This document shows positions 30,304 through 41,268 of a stretch of 64,000 bases of DNA, one piece after another. Under the pieces are notes generated by a model. It was not told where the DNA came from. It ran no database searches and worked only from the letters and a program-made list of their open reading frames with translations. The first letter of the stretch is position 1, and every line of letters starts with the position of its first letter. The stretch spans positions 5,152,001-5,216,000 of the forward strand of contig OZ240241.1 of NCBI GenBank assembly GCA_965198115.1, written 5' to 3'. The translations under genes were made by a program, and so were the position numbers. Source of the stretch: Candidatus Latescibacterota bacterium (GTDB lineage: Bacteria; Latescibacterota; UBA2968).

Positions 30304-31723
30304 GGCTATATCCGGATCTCTCAACGAGATGAAGTGGGTGAAGGTGCCGTGGTTCCTGGCATGGGGGCGCGGTTAGCGTGTGCGGAACCTCTTCGGAATC
30401 TGCTCAGGGATGTTTATGTCTCCGACGGTAAGGAAGATCATATCGTTGAATGCGTCGAGTGTGCGGAATCCGCTGGCTCGGTTCTTGACGATTTGGACGA
30501 TTCGGTTGAGGCCTTCGGCGATGGCGTTGGTAAGACGCGTGTTCACGAATGCGAGGACGCCGAAGAAGTGCTGTCGCAGGGTCCTGACGAACTTTCGCAG
30601 GGGTTCAAGTCGACTTCTGAGTGCGGACGTCGTCCAGCATTTCAGGAAGCGTTCGGCAGCCCAGGGCGCTTTGTATTCCCAGAACTGCTCGAACTCGTCC
30701 TTGAGTCTCCAGGCTCTATAGATTCGGTAGTTCGCCTTCTCCAGTGCTTTGAGTGTCCGAGTATCCCCTCTGGAGCGTGTCGCTGAGTGCCGGTAGAGGA
30801 GCCATCGGAGGCCCTTCATGGCTTTGCGCTCATCCGGGGCAGCTTTACGCCACTGGTCCTTACGGACCTCGTCAACGGCGACATTGAGAGCCTTGACGAT
30901 GTGAAAGCGATCGAGGACCAGCTTGGCATTCGGACAGTGTTCCTGGATGGCTCCGATGTAAGCTTCGCTCATGTCGCAGCAGGCCCACTCGATCTTGGAT
31001 CTCTGGTAGGGACTGAGAGCCTCTGTGAAGAACCGATCGATCGTTTTACGCGCCCTGCCGCGGCCAACCCACACCACGCAGGAGCGGTCCAGATCGTAAA
31101 CGAGCGTGGCGTACCTGTGACGCTTGGCGTAGGAGATCTCGTCGATCCCGATGGTTTTGAGCCCTCGGATACGATGACCTTCACGAAGCCGCGTGATGGA
31201 TCGGTGAAGGAGATCCGACAGCGTCGAGGCAGAGATGCGCAGTAACTCGGACGCCGCCTTCTGCGTCAAGGTCTGGCAGTAGCGCAGCATGGCATACTCG
31301 AAGCGATACGTCACCCGAGAGAACCGCTCCGCCCACGGAATCTCCTCGACCACACGACCGTGGGTAGGACACCGAATCTCCCGAGGATGGTAGAGAAGCC
31401 AGACCCTCCACCCGCACACCGGAATGTCACGCCACCGACGCGGATGGGGCATTGTGCGGACGATTTTACCTCGACGGCCGCACTCCGGACAACAACAACC
31501 ATTCTTATGTGGCTTTACGGCGATGACGACGCAGCTTCTCCCCTCAAACCACCAGCTGACAACACGGAACCCCTTGAATCTCAGCAGTTTCGATAGTAAT
31601 CTGCTCCCGGTCATAGGTCGCACCCCCTTCGCTTTGATTGTCCTACACACACAACCAAGCGTAGGGAACGATCTATGACCTTGTCATTCTATAGTTTCAC
31701 CGTTGAGAAACCCGGATAGAGCC
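30304..31723 (-). mobile_element. ISL3 copy 3 (1420 bp)
   Basis: Same IRs. Flanked by TAAAAAAG at 30296-30303 and 31724-31731. ORF 30373-31650. Confidence 0.95.
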
Positions 31724-31730
31724 TAAAAAA

Positions 31731-33147
31731 GGCTATATCCGGATCTCTCAACGAGATGAAGTGGGTGAAGGTGCCGTGGTTCCTGGCATGGGGGCGCGGT
31801 TAGAGTGTGCGGAACCTCTTCGGAATCTGCTCAGGGATGTTTATGTCTCCGACGGTAAGGAAGATCATATCGTTGAATGCGTCGAGTGTGCGGAATCCGC
31901 TGGCTCGGTTCTTGACGATTTGGACGATTCGGTTGAGGCCTTCGGCGATGGCGTTGGTAAGACGCGTGTTCACGAATGCGAGGACGCCGAAGAAGTGCTG
32001 TCGCAGGGTCCTGACGAACTTTCGCAGGGGTTCAAGTCGACTTCTGAGTGCGGACGTCGTCCAGCATTTCAGGAAGCGTTCGGCAGCCCAGGGCGCTTTG
32101 TATTCCCAGAACTGCTCGAACTCGTCCTTGAGTCTCCAGGCTCTATAGATTCGGTAGTTCGCCTTCTCCAGTGCTTTGAGTGTCCGAGTATCCCCTCTGG
32201 AGCGTGTCGCTGAGTGCCGGTAGAGGAGCCATCGGAGGCCCTTCATGGCTTTGCGCTCATCCGGGGCAGCTTTACGCCACTGGTCCTTACGGACCTCGTC
32301 AACGGCGGCATTGAGAGCCTTGACGATGTAGCGATCGAGGACCAGCTTGGCATTCGGACAGTGTTCCTGGATGGCTCCGATGTAAGCTTCGCTCATGTCG
32401 CAGCAGGCCCACTCGATCTTGGATCTCCGGTAGGGACTGAGAGCCTCTGTGAAGAACCGATCGATCGTTTTACGCGCCCTGCCGCGGCCAACCCACACCA
32501 CGCAGGAGCGGTCCAGATCGTAAACGAGCGTGGCGTACCTGTGACGCTTGGCGTAGGAGATCTCGTCGATCCCGATGGTTTTGAGCCCTCGGATACGATG
32601 ACCTTCACGAAGCCGCGTGATGGATCGGTGAAGGAGATCCGACAGCGTCGAGGCAGAGATGCGCAGCAACTCGGACGCCGCCTTCTGCGTCATGGTCTGG
32701 CAGTAGCGCAGCATGGCATACTCGAAGCGATACGTCACCCGAGAGAACCGCTCCGCCCACGGAATCTCCTCGACCACACGACCGTGGGTAGGACACCGAA
32801 TCTCCCGAGGATGGTAGAGAAGCCAGACCCTCCACCCGCACACCGGAATGTCACGCCACCGACGCGGATGGGGCATTGTGCGGACGATTTTACCTCGACG
32901 GCCGCACTCCGGACAACAACAACCATTCTTATGTGGCTTTACGGCGATGACGAAACAGCTTCTCCCCTCAAACCACCAGCTGACAACACGGAACCCCTTG
33001 AATCTCAGCAGTTTCGATAGTAATCTGCTCCCGGTCATAGGTCGCACCCCCTTCGCTTTGATTGTCCTACACACACAACCAAGCGTAGGGAACGATCTAT
33101 GACCTTGTCATTCTATAGTTTCACCGTTGAGAAACCCGGATAGAGCC
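31731..33147 (-). mobile_element. ISL3 copy 4 (1417 bp, 3-bp deletion DRFH>DRY)
   Basis: Same IRs. Followed by TTAAAAAA at 33148-33155. ORF 31800-33074. Confidence 0.95.
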
Positions 33148-33944
33148 TTAAAAAAGTCCTCGGTGGCGAAATCTTCGCGTGGGAAGACAGTGACGCCCGA
33201 CTGAGGATCGTGCTCGGTCCCGCCGCCACTCGCGAAGGATCGACCGATGCCCTCAAGTTCTCCTTCAGCACCCCACCCCACCAGGACTTCTACTTCTTTC
33301 GGCCCGTGCGATTCTGTACGGTCTGGATTCCGCTGATGGAGATCGACGAAACCACCGGTGGCTTGACCCTGCGACAAAACGCCCACGAGGAAGGTCTTCA
33401 CGAAATCTGGTGGAAGGGCAAAGAATTCCTCGGCATGGCCGAAACGCCCCAGATCGCACGGGAGTGGGCGGAGTCGGGAGCGGTCCCCGTGGCCGGGACG
33501 GCCCGGCCCTCCGATGCAGACCAGGATAAACCCTGGCTCCGCTCCGACTTTGAAATCGGCGACGCCCTGATCATCGACCCGCTCATGATCCACGCCGGTG
33601 TGCCCAACCATTCGAATCTGATCCGACTCTCAGTCGACTTCCGCTATCAGCTTCAGAGCACGCAGACACATTGGGAGTCGCACAACACCATGGAGTACGC
33701 GGGAGAATACTTTTCCGGTGTGCTGGAGTGTATCGACGGTCTCGATCTGAAACCGGGCACCTACGAAAATGTCTGGGAAAGGATGCGTCTCGCCGGCCCG
33801 GATGATCGTACGGGCGTCCCTGAACGAGTACGGGTCCTCGTCGATGAAATGCAATAGCTGTGGATGGATCGGTATCGCGGACCCCTCGCCTACGCTCGGA
33901 ACAGGCTCTTTGGCCCGCTTTATTTTCGCGCTGCTATTAAATTA

Positions 33945-33990
33945 AACCCAGCCGATGGGCTGGGCTAAGGCATCACGGGCGGTTGGCCCG
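33945..33990. repeat. REP-like palindrome pair (CCCAGCCGATGGGCTGGG; GGGCGGTTGGCCC) between convergent genes
   Basis: Hairpins read directly from the sequence. Confidence 0.5.
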
Positions 33991-34067
33991 TAAACCACAC
34001 TTCCCGTCGACATCATTGTCGAATTCTAATGCTCCGCCGCGTGTCACGGAATCTCTTACCGACACCA

Positions 34068-35429
34068 CTATCCCGCCAGTAGCTCCTTCCGTTCCTCCAA
34101 CGACACGTAGTCTTCCGTCTCATCGAAGCTGTCCAGGACGTGGTCGATCTGACCGAATACCTTTCTGAATGCCGCGGCGTAACGATCCATGAGCTCAAAA
34201 TCGTTGGGCGGGATCAGCCGTCGCAAACAGAAGGAATTGTCCAAGATCGCGAACGTGTTCGGGCAGTCGTCCAGATCGTACGTCACATCGCTCCCGTGAT
34301 CTCTCCACGGACTGCCGTTGCCATAGCCAATCTTCTTGTGAAACACCGTCTGTGCGGGAAGCGGCACCTTCTGCCAGAGCGACGCATCCACCTTCTCCGC
34401 CTGTAGCGCCTTTAGCACGGCATTTCTGAGCTTCCCAGGCTCCACGTCCAGGTTCAGCGCTTCAGGATCAACCTGGACCGAATAGATGTAGTAGGTGTGC
34501 GTTCTGTCCTCTGGAACCCGCGGTGTAGTCAGTCCACTGATTTCGCTCAGTTGCTCCGATAGATACGCTGCGTTGCTCTGTGTGGCACGAATGTAGCCGT
34601 CCAGATGTTTGAGCTTTACCTGAGCCAGCGCCGAGGTCATCTCCCCCATCTTGTAATTCCACCCGACCCGCTCGTTCATGTAGGCCCGAACGTCAGCCTT
34701 CAACCCCTCGCCGGGCTCCCCGAACAGCCGCGTCATCGCTGCTCGGTCGTAGACGTCCTTGTCATTCGTGGTCATCAACCCGCCTTCGCCCACCATCAAC
34801 TGCTTGGTCGTACACATGGAGAAGCCCGCCGCATTCCCGATCGTCCCTGTCGTCTGCCCTCGATACTGACCACCGTAGGCTTGCGCGGAATCCTCGATCA
34901 CCGTCAGCCCGTGGCGCTGGGCGATCTCCTTGATCGGCTCCATGTCGGCAGCCAGACCATGCACGTGCACTGCCATGATCGCCCGCGTCCTGTCCGTGAT
35001 CTTCGCTTCGATCTTCGCAGGATCGATCGTGTAGGTGTCGGGATCGATATCGACGAACACCGGAATCGCGTTGTGGTGAAGCACCGCCAGGGCAGAAGCG
35101 ATGAAGCTGAACGCGGGGACGATCACCTCGTCTCCCGCTTCCACACCGACACCTGCGACCGCGCAGTGCAACGAAGCCGTACCGTTGCAAACCGCCAGAG
35201 CGTATTTGGCTCCGGTCCACTCGCAAAACGCCTTCTCCAACGCCTCGGACTGGGGCAGCCCGACGGGCAGTGCGATGCTCAGATGTCCCGTCCGCATCAC
35301 CTTGACCACCGCCTCTATCTCTTCTTCCGTGGCAATCCGGTAGCGTTCCCAATCGTGTGCGACCAGGTTGTCGGGAACGGCCGGCCGGCCGCCGTCGAGC
35401 GCCAGTTTTTCGGTCGTCTGCGTCATCAT
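34068..35429 (-). CDS. DegT/DnrJ/EryC1/StrS family PLP aminotransferase
   Basis: Motifs NGTASLH, GDEVIVP..SF.AS, PVFVDID, IEDSAQAYG, S...TKQL..GEGG and GWNYKM. Confidence 0.92.
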   Translation of the reverse strand: MMTQTTEKLALDGGRPAVPDNLVAHDWERYRIATEEEIEAVVKVMRTGHLSIALPVGLPQSEALEKAFCEWTGAKYALAVCNGTASLHCAVAGVGVEAGDEVIVPAFSFIASALAVLHHNAIPVFVDIDPDTYTIDPAKIEAKITDRTRAIMAVHVHGLAADMEPIKEIAQRHGLTVIEDSAQAYGGQYRGQTTGTIGNAAGFSMCTTKQLMVGEGGLMTTNDKDVYDRAAMTRLFGEPGEGLKADVRAYMNERVGWNYKMGEMTSALAQVKLKHLDGYIRATQSNAAYLSEQLSEISGLTTPRVPEDRTHTYYIYSVQVDPEALNLDVEPGKLRNAVLKALQAEKVDASLWQKVPLPAQTVFHKKIGYGNGSPWRDHGSDVTYDLDDCPNTFAILDNSFCLRRLIPPNDFELMDRYAAAFRKVFGQIDHVLDSFDETEDYVSLEERKELLAG

Positions 35430-36097
35430 CCTCTCCCTTCAACCATTCCGGCTCCGGTTCCGCTCTCTTGCCAGGTGGCCAGAATCTCATCTGATGAAAA
35501 TGTTGGAAAGCTCCCCTCGAGGTAGGCCAATGCCCATTCATTGTAGTCGACACAGTCTCTCACGATCACCGGGTAGTAGCCTCTAGGCATGAGATCAACG
35601 GCCGTGCGAAGTACGCATCCACCGGACGCGATTCCAGTCAGGAGCAAGCTCGTCACCGATCTCTCCCGGAGGTGATCGACGAGGTAGGTGTTGTAAGCGG
35701 CGCTCCCCCGGCTCTTCCAGATGACGACATCACCTTCTTGCGGGGCCAGCTCATCGATCGTCCGAGATTCCCAGGTGCCTTCGACGACGTTCGACACCCA
35801 ATCTGCATTTCGATGGACCCACATCTCGGGCCCGTTCATCAAGGTCTGGCCAAGTGCGTTCGCGTGGATGAACTCGGTATACATCACCGGAATGCCGGCT
35901 CTTCTGGCTGCATCGAGCAGCCTGACGATAGCTGGAATGATTTCTCGATGCGGCGAGATGTCGTACCCGTGCTTGGCATAGCCTCCCTCCGGGGCAACAT
36001 CTTCGTTCACCATATCCACAACCAGAACGGCGCAAAGACCCGGATCGACGAGCTCTTCGATTTCGGTCCGAACCTCGACCCCGTGGATGGTTACCAT
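35426..36097 (-). CDS. Isochorismatase-family cysteine hydrolase
   Basis: Motifs LVVDMVN (Asp), VIWKSR (Lys) and GIASGGCV (Cys). Start overlaps the upstream stop (ATGGTAA). Confidence 0.85.
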   Translation of the reverse strand: MVTIHGVEVRTEIEELVDPGLCAVLVVDMVNEDVAPEGGYAKHGYDISPHREIIPAIVRLLDAARRAGIPVMYTEFIHANALGQTLMNGPEMWVHRNADWVSNVVEGTWESRTIDELAPQEGDVVIWKSRGSAAYNTYLVDHLRERSVTSLLLTGIASGGCVLRTAVDLMPRGYYPVIVRDCVDYNEWALAYLEGSFPTFSSDEILATWQESGTGAGMVEGRG

Positions 36098-38040
36098 TTC
36101 AGATCTTCCTTCGTCACGAATCGATTCACCTTCCGCCACCTCGTCTGGTTCTCGCGATAGTGTGCCCGCTGATAGAGCGGATGGTATTTCCCCGGCGGGT
36201 CGATGAACACGACCTCGTTACCCTTGATCACCATCGTATACAGGACACACCCGATCATTTCGGTCACCGTTCGCTCGTGAATGGGAAAGGTTATCGCCAC
36301 TTTGTCATCGGGATCCGCGGGCCCTGCATCTACATAGCGACCCTCCCATGTGAAACCGGAATCTCGATCATTGATCGTGCAAACAACGTCATCGCTCCCG
36401 CTCTCGATCCACTCAGGAACCCTCACAAGCACTCGGTCGCACCGCTGCTTCACCTTCAGGTCCACTCTGCCTTCATACGGAATGTGACTATCCACATCGA
36501 CCCAGGGCGAGGCGCGATTGAGCAACAGGTGGACCTTCAGCATGCCGTCCTCACAATCCAGGATGTTTTCCCAGATGTAGTAAAGCGCCCGTGCCCCGTT
36601 ACCCGTACAGCAGTGCTGGATACCGCCGAAAATCGTCCAGTCGTTCGCGCTCGGCCATCCCGCAAACGCACCCAGATTCCGCTCGGCTACCCTATCGTCT
36701 GATTCGTGGAAAGCGATGAGCCCTCTCTTTTGTGGCTTTGGAATCCGATCCACCCAGTCCACCCGCATGAGCTGGTTTTCCGCGAACTGGTTTCGAATCC
36801 AACGATCTGCGTCATCCCAGTAATCTCCGATTCCCAGTCGCGTCATTTTCAGCGCGAGGGCGATCATGTCGGCCACTTCACACGTTTCCGACACAAGGCA
36901 CCCGCGCGCCGCTTTGGGATACGGATTTCCGATCGGTGTGTCCTCGATCAGCTCGGGAAAGAAACCGACCGTGGGCGAACTGTGCGAACGACCGAACTCG
37001 TAGCCCTTCCGCACGAATTCCAGCAGATCCCCATCGCCGGCTTCGACTGCATACTCGAGCATGAAGAGCAGGTCGATCGCGTGGTCGTGGAAGTGAATCA
37101 CATCCCGCGTCGCATCGATGAAGGTCGCATCCTCCTCGAAAAATGCACCGTGATCCTTGACGTAGACCACCAGCTCTCCAGCCAGATCCAACGCGGGTTG
37201 ATATCCCGTGAACCGGTAACAGTGTGTCAGCCCCTGGATGAGACGGCCCGCCGCCAGACCGGATTTCACCCCCAGCGGGATCTCGGCATTCTGATCGACC
37301 TTCGCGTTCGGTTCGAAGCTGCCTTCCGGGTAGTAGCTGTAGCCTTCCCTGTGAATGTCGAGCTCGGACAGACGGTCCACCGTCTTTTGAACGAGGTCCT
37401 TCCACACCTCGTCACCATCCCGCTGGTAGTAGACCATCATCGCCGACAACAGTCGTCCTTCCGCGATCCAATCGTGAGTAATCTGGGAGACGGATTCGTC
37501 ATCGATCGTTGTGGTCTCGCCGTTTGCCCGCCAGATCGGGTGGGGATACCCGTCAGGCCCTACGTAGAGTTTCGCCCAGGGCCTGCCCTTGAGTGCCATG
37601 TAGACAAGCCCGTCTGGGCCGATCGAACGCATCAGCGTTCGCATCCACGCCTCATCAACGTGGTCGTTGTAGTCGCTGCCGCAAATCAGTCTCAGCAGTG
37701 GCAGAGCTTCCATGAACTTCGGCTGCACATCGTCCACATCGTGCCACATCACCGGCGGGTCGCGGAAAAAATTGACCTGCCAGTAGACCTCGTAGTCCGC
37801 CTCAGGATCCGTCGGTCCGGTCAGCCCATTGATCGCGAGCTTCGCCCGCTCCGCGAAGTCGAGCGTATCCGGCGCCCACGTCTCGTACCGGTCCCCTTCG
37901 TAGGGAGGAATCTCGAACGGCAACGGCGATTCGCGAATGTATTCGATCGCCGATTCCTTCGACGAACCGTCCGACTCGGAGACCTTCGACAAATCCAGAA
38001 AGTCGTCTTCAGGCCGCACGTCCGGTTGATTCGATCGCAT
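36091..38040 (-). CDS. GH127/GH146-like (alpha/alpha)6 glycoside hydrolase-like protein
   Basis: SETCEVADM and QHCCTGN Cys motifs, followed by a C-terminal beta domain (IPYEG.V, VRVPEW). Confidence 0.6.
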   Translation of the reverse strand: MRSNQPDVRPEDDFLDLSKVSESDGSSKESAIEYIRESPLPFEIPPYEGDRYETWAPDTLDFAERAKLAINGLTGPTDPEADYEVYWQVNFFRDPPVMWHDVDDVQPKFMEALPLLRLICGSDYNDHVDEAWMRTLMRSIGPDGLVYMALKGRPWAKLYVGPDGYPHPIWRANGETTTIDDESVSQITHDWIAEGRLLSAMMVYYQRDGDEVWKDLVQKTVDRLSELDIHREGYSYYPEGSFEPNAKVDQNAEIPLGVKSGLAAGRLIQGLTHCYRFTGYQPALDLAGELVVYVKDHGAFFEEDATFIDATRDVIHFHDHAIDLLFMLEYAVEAGDGDLLEFVRKGYEFGRSHSSPTVGFFPELIEDTPIGNPYPKAARGCLVSETCEVADMIALALKMTRLGIGDYWDDADRWIRNQFAENQLMRVDWVDRIPKPQKRGLIAFHESDDRVAERNLGAFAGWPSANDWTIFGGIQHCCTGNGARALYYIWENILDCEDGMLKVHLLLNRASPWVDVDSHIPYEGRVDLKVKQRCDRVLVRVPEWIESGSDDVVCTINDRDSGFTWEGRYVDAGPADPDDKVAITFPIHERTVTEMIGCVLYTMVIKGNEVVFIDPPGKYHPLYQRAHYRENQTRWRKVNRFVTKEDLKW

Positions 38041-38103
38041 CCCTGTCTCCTATCATAGTGGCAGTCGCGCTCTGCGCTCACGTGAAGCGACTGTGCCCGC
38101 GCT

Positions 38104-39262
38104 TCAATTGATGCGCCAGCGCGTGCACGTGCCTGCCCCCGTCATCGTGACAAGGGTGTCGTCATCCATAGCGACGCTGGACGCGTAGCCGCTCCCCACG
38201 CCCCGCTCGTGCGAGCCCAACACACTTCCCCCCGCCACTGTCACGTGATACACTTCTGGCGACCAGGTCTGGCCACCGTCGCGACTGACCCGCGCCAGCA
38301 CCTGCTGTTTCTCATACGGGTAGCGATGATCGCAGGTCAGGACCATCGTACCATCCGGGAGCTCCGTCAATTCCCCGTGGCATTCCCCGAGCACCAGGTC
38401 CGTCCCCCCATCAGGTGTCCGTCTCACAGGGCGGAAATCGATCCACGTCCTACCATCGTCCTCCGAATCCGCCAGATATACCCGCTTGCCAGGAGGCAAC
38501 TGCCATCGAGAACGGATGCTGATATCGGATCGCCGCGATCAACCGACCGGATCGAAGTCGCAGCAGGGTCGTCTCGAAAGACCAATCCGGCAGTGGCGTT
38601 CGCTCCCCCCACGTCCGGCCTCCATCGGTCGACCGAAAAACGTAAGTCTGGGCATAGGGCGCGCCTTCCCAGGGCTGGCCGGACTTCCGCGCTCCCTCTT
38701 CGATCCGCGCAGTCTCGCCGTGGGTCAGGCCAAGACGCTGAGGCCACAACACCGTCCCATCCGGCAGTTCGGTCATCCGGTTCGAACTGCACCCCACCGA
38801 CGGGAAGGGCGTCTTGTCGAACGGCACAGGTCCTTCCCAGGAATCGCCCCCATCTTCACTCCGGATGACGAAACACGCCTCCTCCATCCCCTGGACGGAG
38901 AGCTGATCCAGATTCTGCAAGAATGCCCAAACCAGCGTGCCATCTTTCAGGATTCCGAACGAATCGCTCGTCATCGCCCAACGCTTTTCCCAAAACAGAA
39001 ACTCCATCGAGTCGCGCGAGAAGTTATGGTCCAGAAATCGACGCCAATCCAGCCGTTTCTCCGACCAGCTCCGCCCTTCATCCGTCGAAGACAAAAGCAC
39101 GCTTTCGAGCCCGGGCCCCTCGGTCGAGAATCCGGCGTAGAGCGTCCCGTTCTCCGTTCTGCCAATCGGCGCGCCCCGACCGAACGGTACCGGAACGACT
39201 TCGGCAGGGACCGTACAGACATCCTGACCATCTGTCGTTTCGCAGATCTCACCAGACTCCAA
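38104..39262 (-). pseudogene. BNR/Asp-box sialidase-like protein, frameshifted near 38500
   Basis: Asp-boxes occur in both ORF 38450-39262 and ORF 38104-38499 (SEDDGRTW, SRDGGQTW, GYASS). Confidence 0.72.
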
Positions 39263-39334
39263 ATGCTCTCCTCTCGTGGAATCAGTCCTTCACGGATGGC
39301 GCGTTCGATGAATGGAATCTTTCTCGGGCAACGT

Positions 39335-40525
39335 TCACGAGTGATCCAGTCCCCAGATCGGGAAGTAATACGGGAATAGCTGCTCCAGGATTTCGCCAGC
39401 CGCGGGACCCAGCGACAAGGGTTCGAGCGCAGCGTGACCGCCGAAAATAAGTTGTGTGAGTTGCCTGCGCGTCAGCGCGATTGGCTCGGACGTTCGATCG
39501 TAAGAGATGTCCATCGTTCCGTCTTCGAACACGAGTGACACGCACTCATCCATCTCGTCGCACGCCAGGCAGATCGTCCCCCGAAGCCCCGTCGCCTTTC
39601 CACTCAGATGATTCTGGATTCCTCTCAATAACTTTTCGAGGCTGTTGACCCGCATCATCTGATAGCCTGCGCCCTTCCCCTCCTCAACGGGACGTCCCGT
39701 TCCTGGTTTCTTTGCCTCGATCAACGTTCCCAGCGTCGAGGGTGTCAACGAAGCCCACACTTGAACGGCCTCGGCGATCCTTTCTCGCAGCACGTACCTG
39801 ACCAGGGCTTCCAACGCTTTCGGCTCACCGCCCCCCTCGATCAACCCAGGCTTGTTCACCGCTTCTCCGAACACCAGATAGGCAGCAGGTTGCCGTTCTC
39901 CCACGGCCAAGAAGGTGTGAATCTTCGGTAGCGTCAGGAGCGCCTGATAGTCTTCGCGAGAGCGCCGGATGTGATAGGGCTCTGCGTTGTGGATCTGGCC
40001 GATGGGATCGAGATACCCGGAATCGGCAGGGTCATAGGGGACAATGTCAAACGGTCCTGCATTGAACAGTGCGTGTTCATCGGGGCGGAGCGTGTAGACC
40101 CAACCCTGAGACCCGACCCCCTCCCAACCTGACTGCTGATAGAAAGGAAAGGTGGCCTCCACCGTCCACAACACGGAGACAGGCCATCCTTCCTCTTCCA
40201 TGATGCGAACACAATCCCGAAGACAGAGCGTCGCATATCCCCGTTTCCGATGGTCCGGATGGGTGATCGTCGGACTGATGATTCCGATCGTGAACGCATC
40301 ATCCCTCGCGACGACCTCACGAGGCGCAACCGGCACGTGGGATACGACCTTGCCGTCGACCTTGAGAATGCGCATGAAATCGAGTTTCGAAGCGTTGAAG
40401 ACCAGGGGATAATCTGTGCGGATGTCCTGATCCACGCCGTCTCGAAACGTCTGATTGATCAGTGTGATGACTTCGTCGAATTCTGATTCGCGACAAGCGC
40501 GTGGTCCATCCACTTGTGCATTCAT
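39335..40525 (-). CDS. GNAT acetyltransferase (Eis-like, double GNAT plus SCP2-like tail)
   Basis: THPDHRKRGYA acetyl-CoA motif and FYQQSGW; about 400 aa. Confidence 0.8.
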   Translation of the reverse strand: MNAQVDGPRACRESEFDEVITLINQTFRDGVDQDIRTDYPLVFNASKLDFMRILKVDGKVVSHVPVAPREVVARDDAFTIGIISPTITHPDHRKRGYATLCLRDCVRIMEEEGWPVSVLWTVEATFPFYQQSGWEGVGSQGWVYTLRPDEHALFNAGPFDIVPYDPADSGYLDPIGQIHNAEPYHIRRSREDYQALLTLPKIHTFLAVGERQPAAYLVFGEAVNKPGLIEGGGEPKALEALVRYVLRERIAEAVQVWASLTPSTLGTLIEAKKPGTGRPVEEGKGAGYQMMRVNSLEKLLRGIQNHLSGKATGLRGTICLACDEMDECVSLVFEDGTMDISYDRTSEPIALTRRQLTQLIFGGHAALEPLSLGPAAGEILEQLFPYYFPIWGLDHS

Positions 40526-41268
40526 TACAAATCTCCGCCCGCAAGGGCCACACGGCGATCGATAACGTACTCGGCGACGTGAAGTACGGTATCGGTCCAG
40601 ATGCGGTGACGATTCTGGTCAAGGTGATGGGCTAAGTGCTCCAGGGCTCGAGGTTCGATGTCGAGCGAATGGTCTCCTCCCACGCCGTGCGCGGTGATGA
40701 CGGCCCATAGTCCCTGATCGACCACATTCTCCACGTAGTCGATCATCTCCGCTCCAGTATTGCCGCTGACCGGCCAGGACCAGAGGTAAGCGAGATCGAT
40801 GTCGTACGGGTTGTTGGGATTGTCTCCACGTCCCCGTCCGGCCTTGAAGCGACGGGCTACCGACGGAACGTAGAACGCTCGGCTCTCGCCCGAGCCGACG
40901 TAATCTTCATAGCACGGGTAACAGTAGGTGCGGACCCCCTGTTGCTCCGGGAAGAGCCCGTCGAGGATCGCGGTTGCTTCGTCGATCGTCGTCTCGACAT
41001 CGGAAAGGGTCATTTTTTCTAAGCAGTATTCCGTTTCCTGCGTCTGCCGGTGCGTAGATGACCGTCTCCAGTTGCAAGAGCACGGGTGCCGGGTCGTGTG
41101 GTTGCCGATCTCGTGACCGTTCCGGCTCGCAGCCTGCCAGCGGGGAACGTTCTGGTCCCAGTTAGGGCTGAGACCGGGGTTTACGTAAAACGTTCCCTTC
41201 AAATCGTGATCATCCAGATAGGGAATGGCGTTATCAAGGTGTGTCTGGACGCCGTCGTCGAAGGTCAG

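Larger units (their letters stand above)
28584..33857 (+). pseudogene. PhyH-family dioxygenase split by three stacked ISL3 copies
   Basis: 5' part 28584-28910 (EDGYLFVK...LLKK) joins in frame to 33156-33857 (VLGG...PPHQD...TVWIPL...IHAG..N....RLSVDFRYQ) once the IS block and one TTAAAAAA are removed. Confidence 0.9.

Noticed and set aside
30274-30330. Strong junction promoter at the ISL3 IR-IR joints
   Set aside because: TTGAGA in the IRs is -35-like, but there is no convincing -10 hexamer at the correct spacing.
28911-33147. ISL3 trimer as an assembly artefact or simple tandem amplification
   Set aside because: Each copy has private variants, and the unequal spacers resolve exactly into separate 8-bp TSDs. 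Read confirmation is still desirable.
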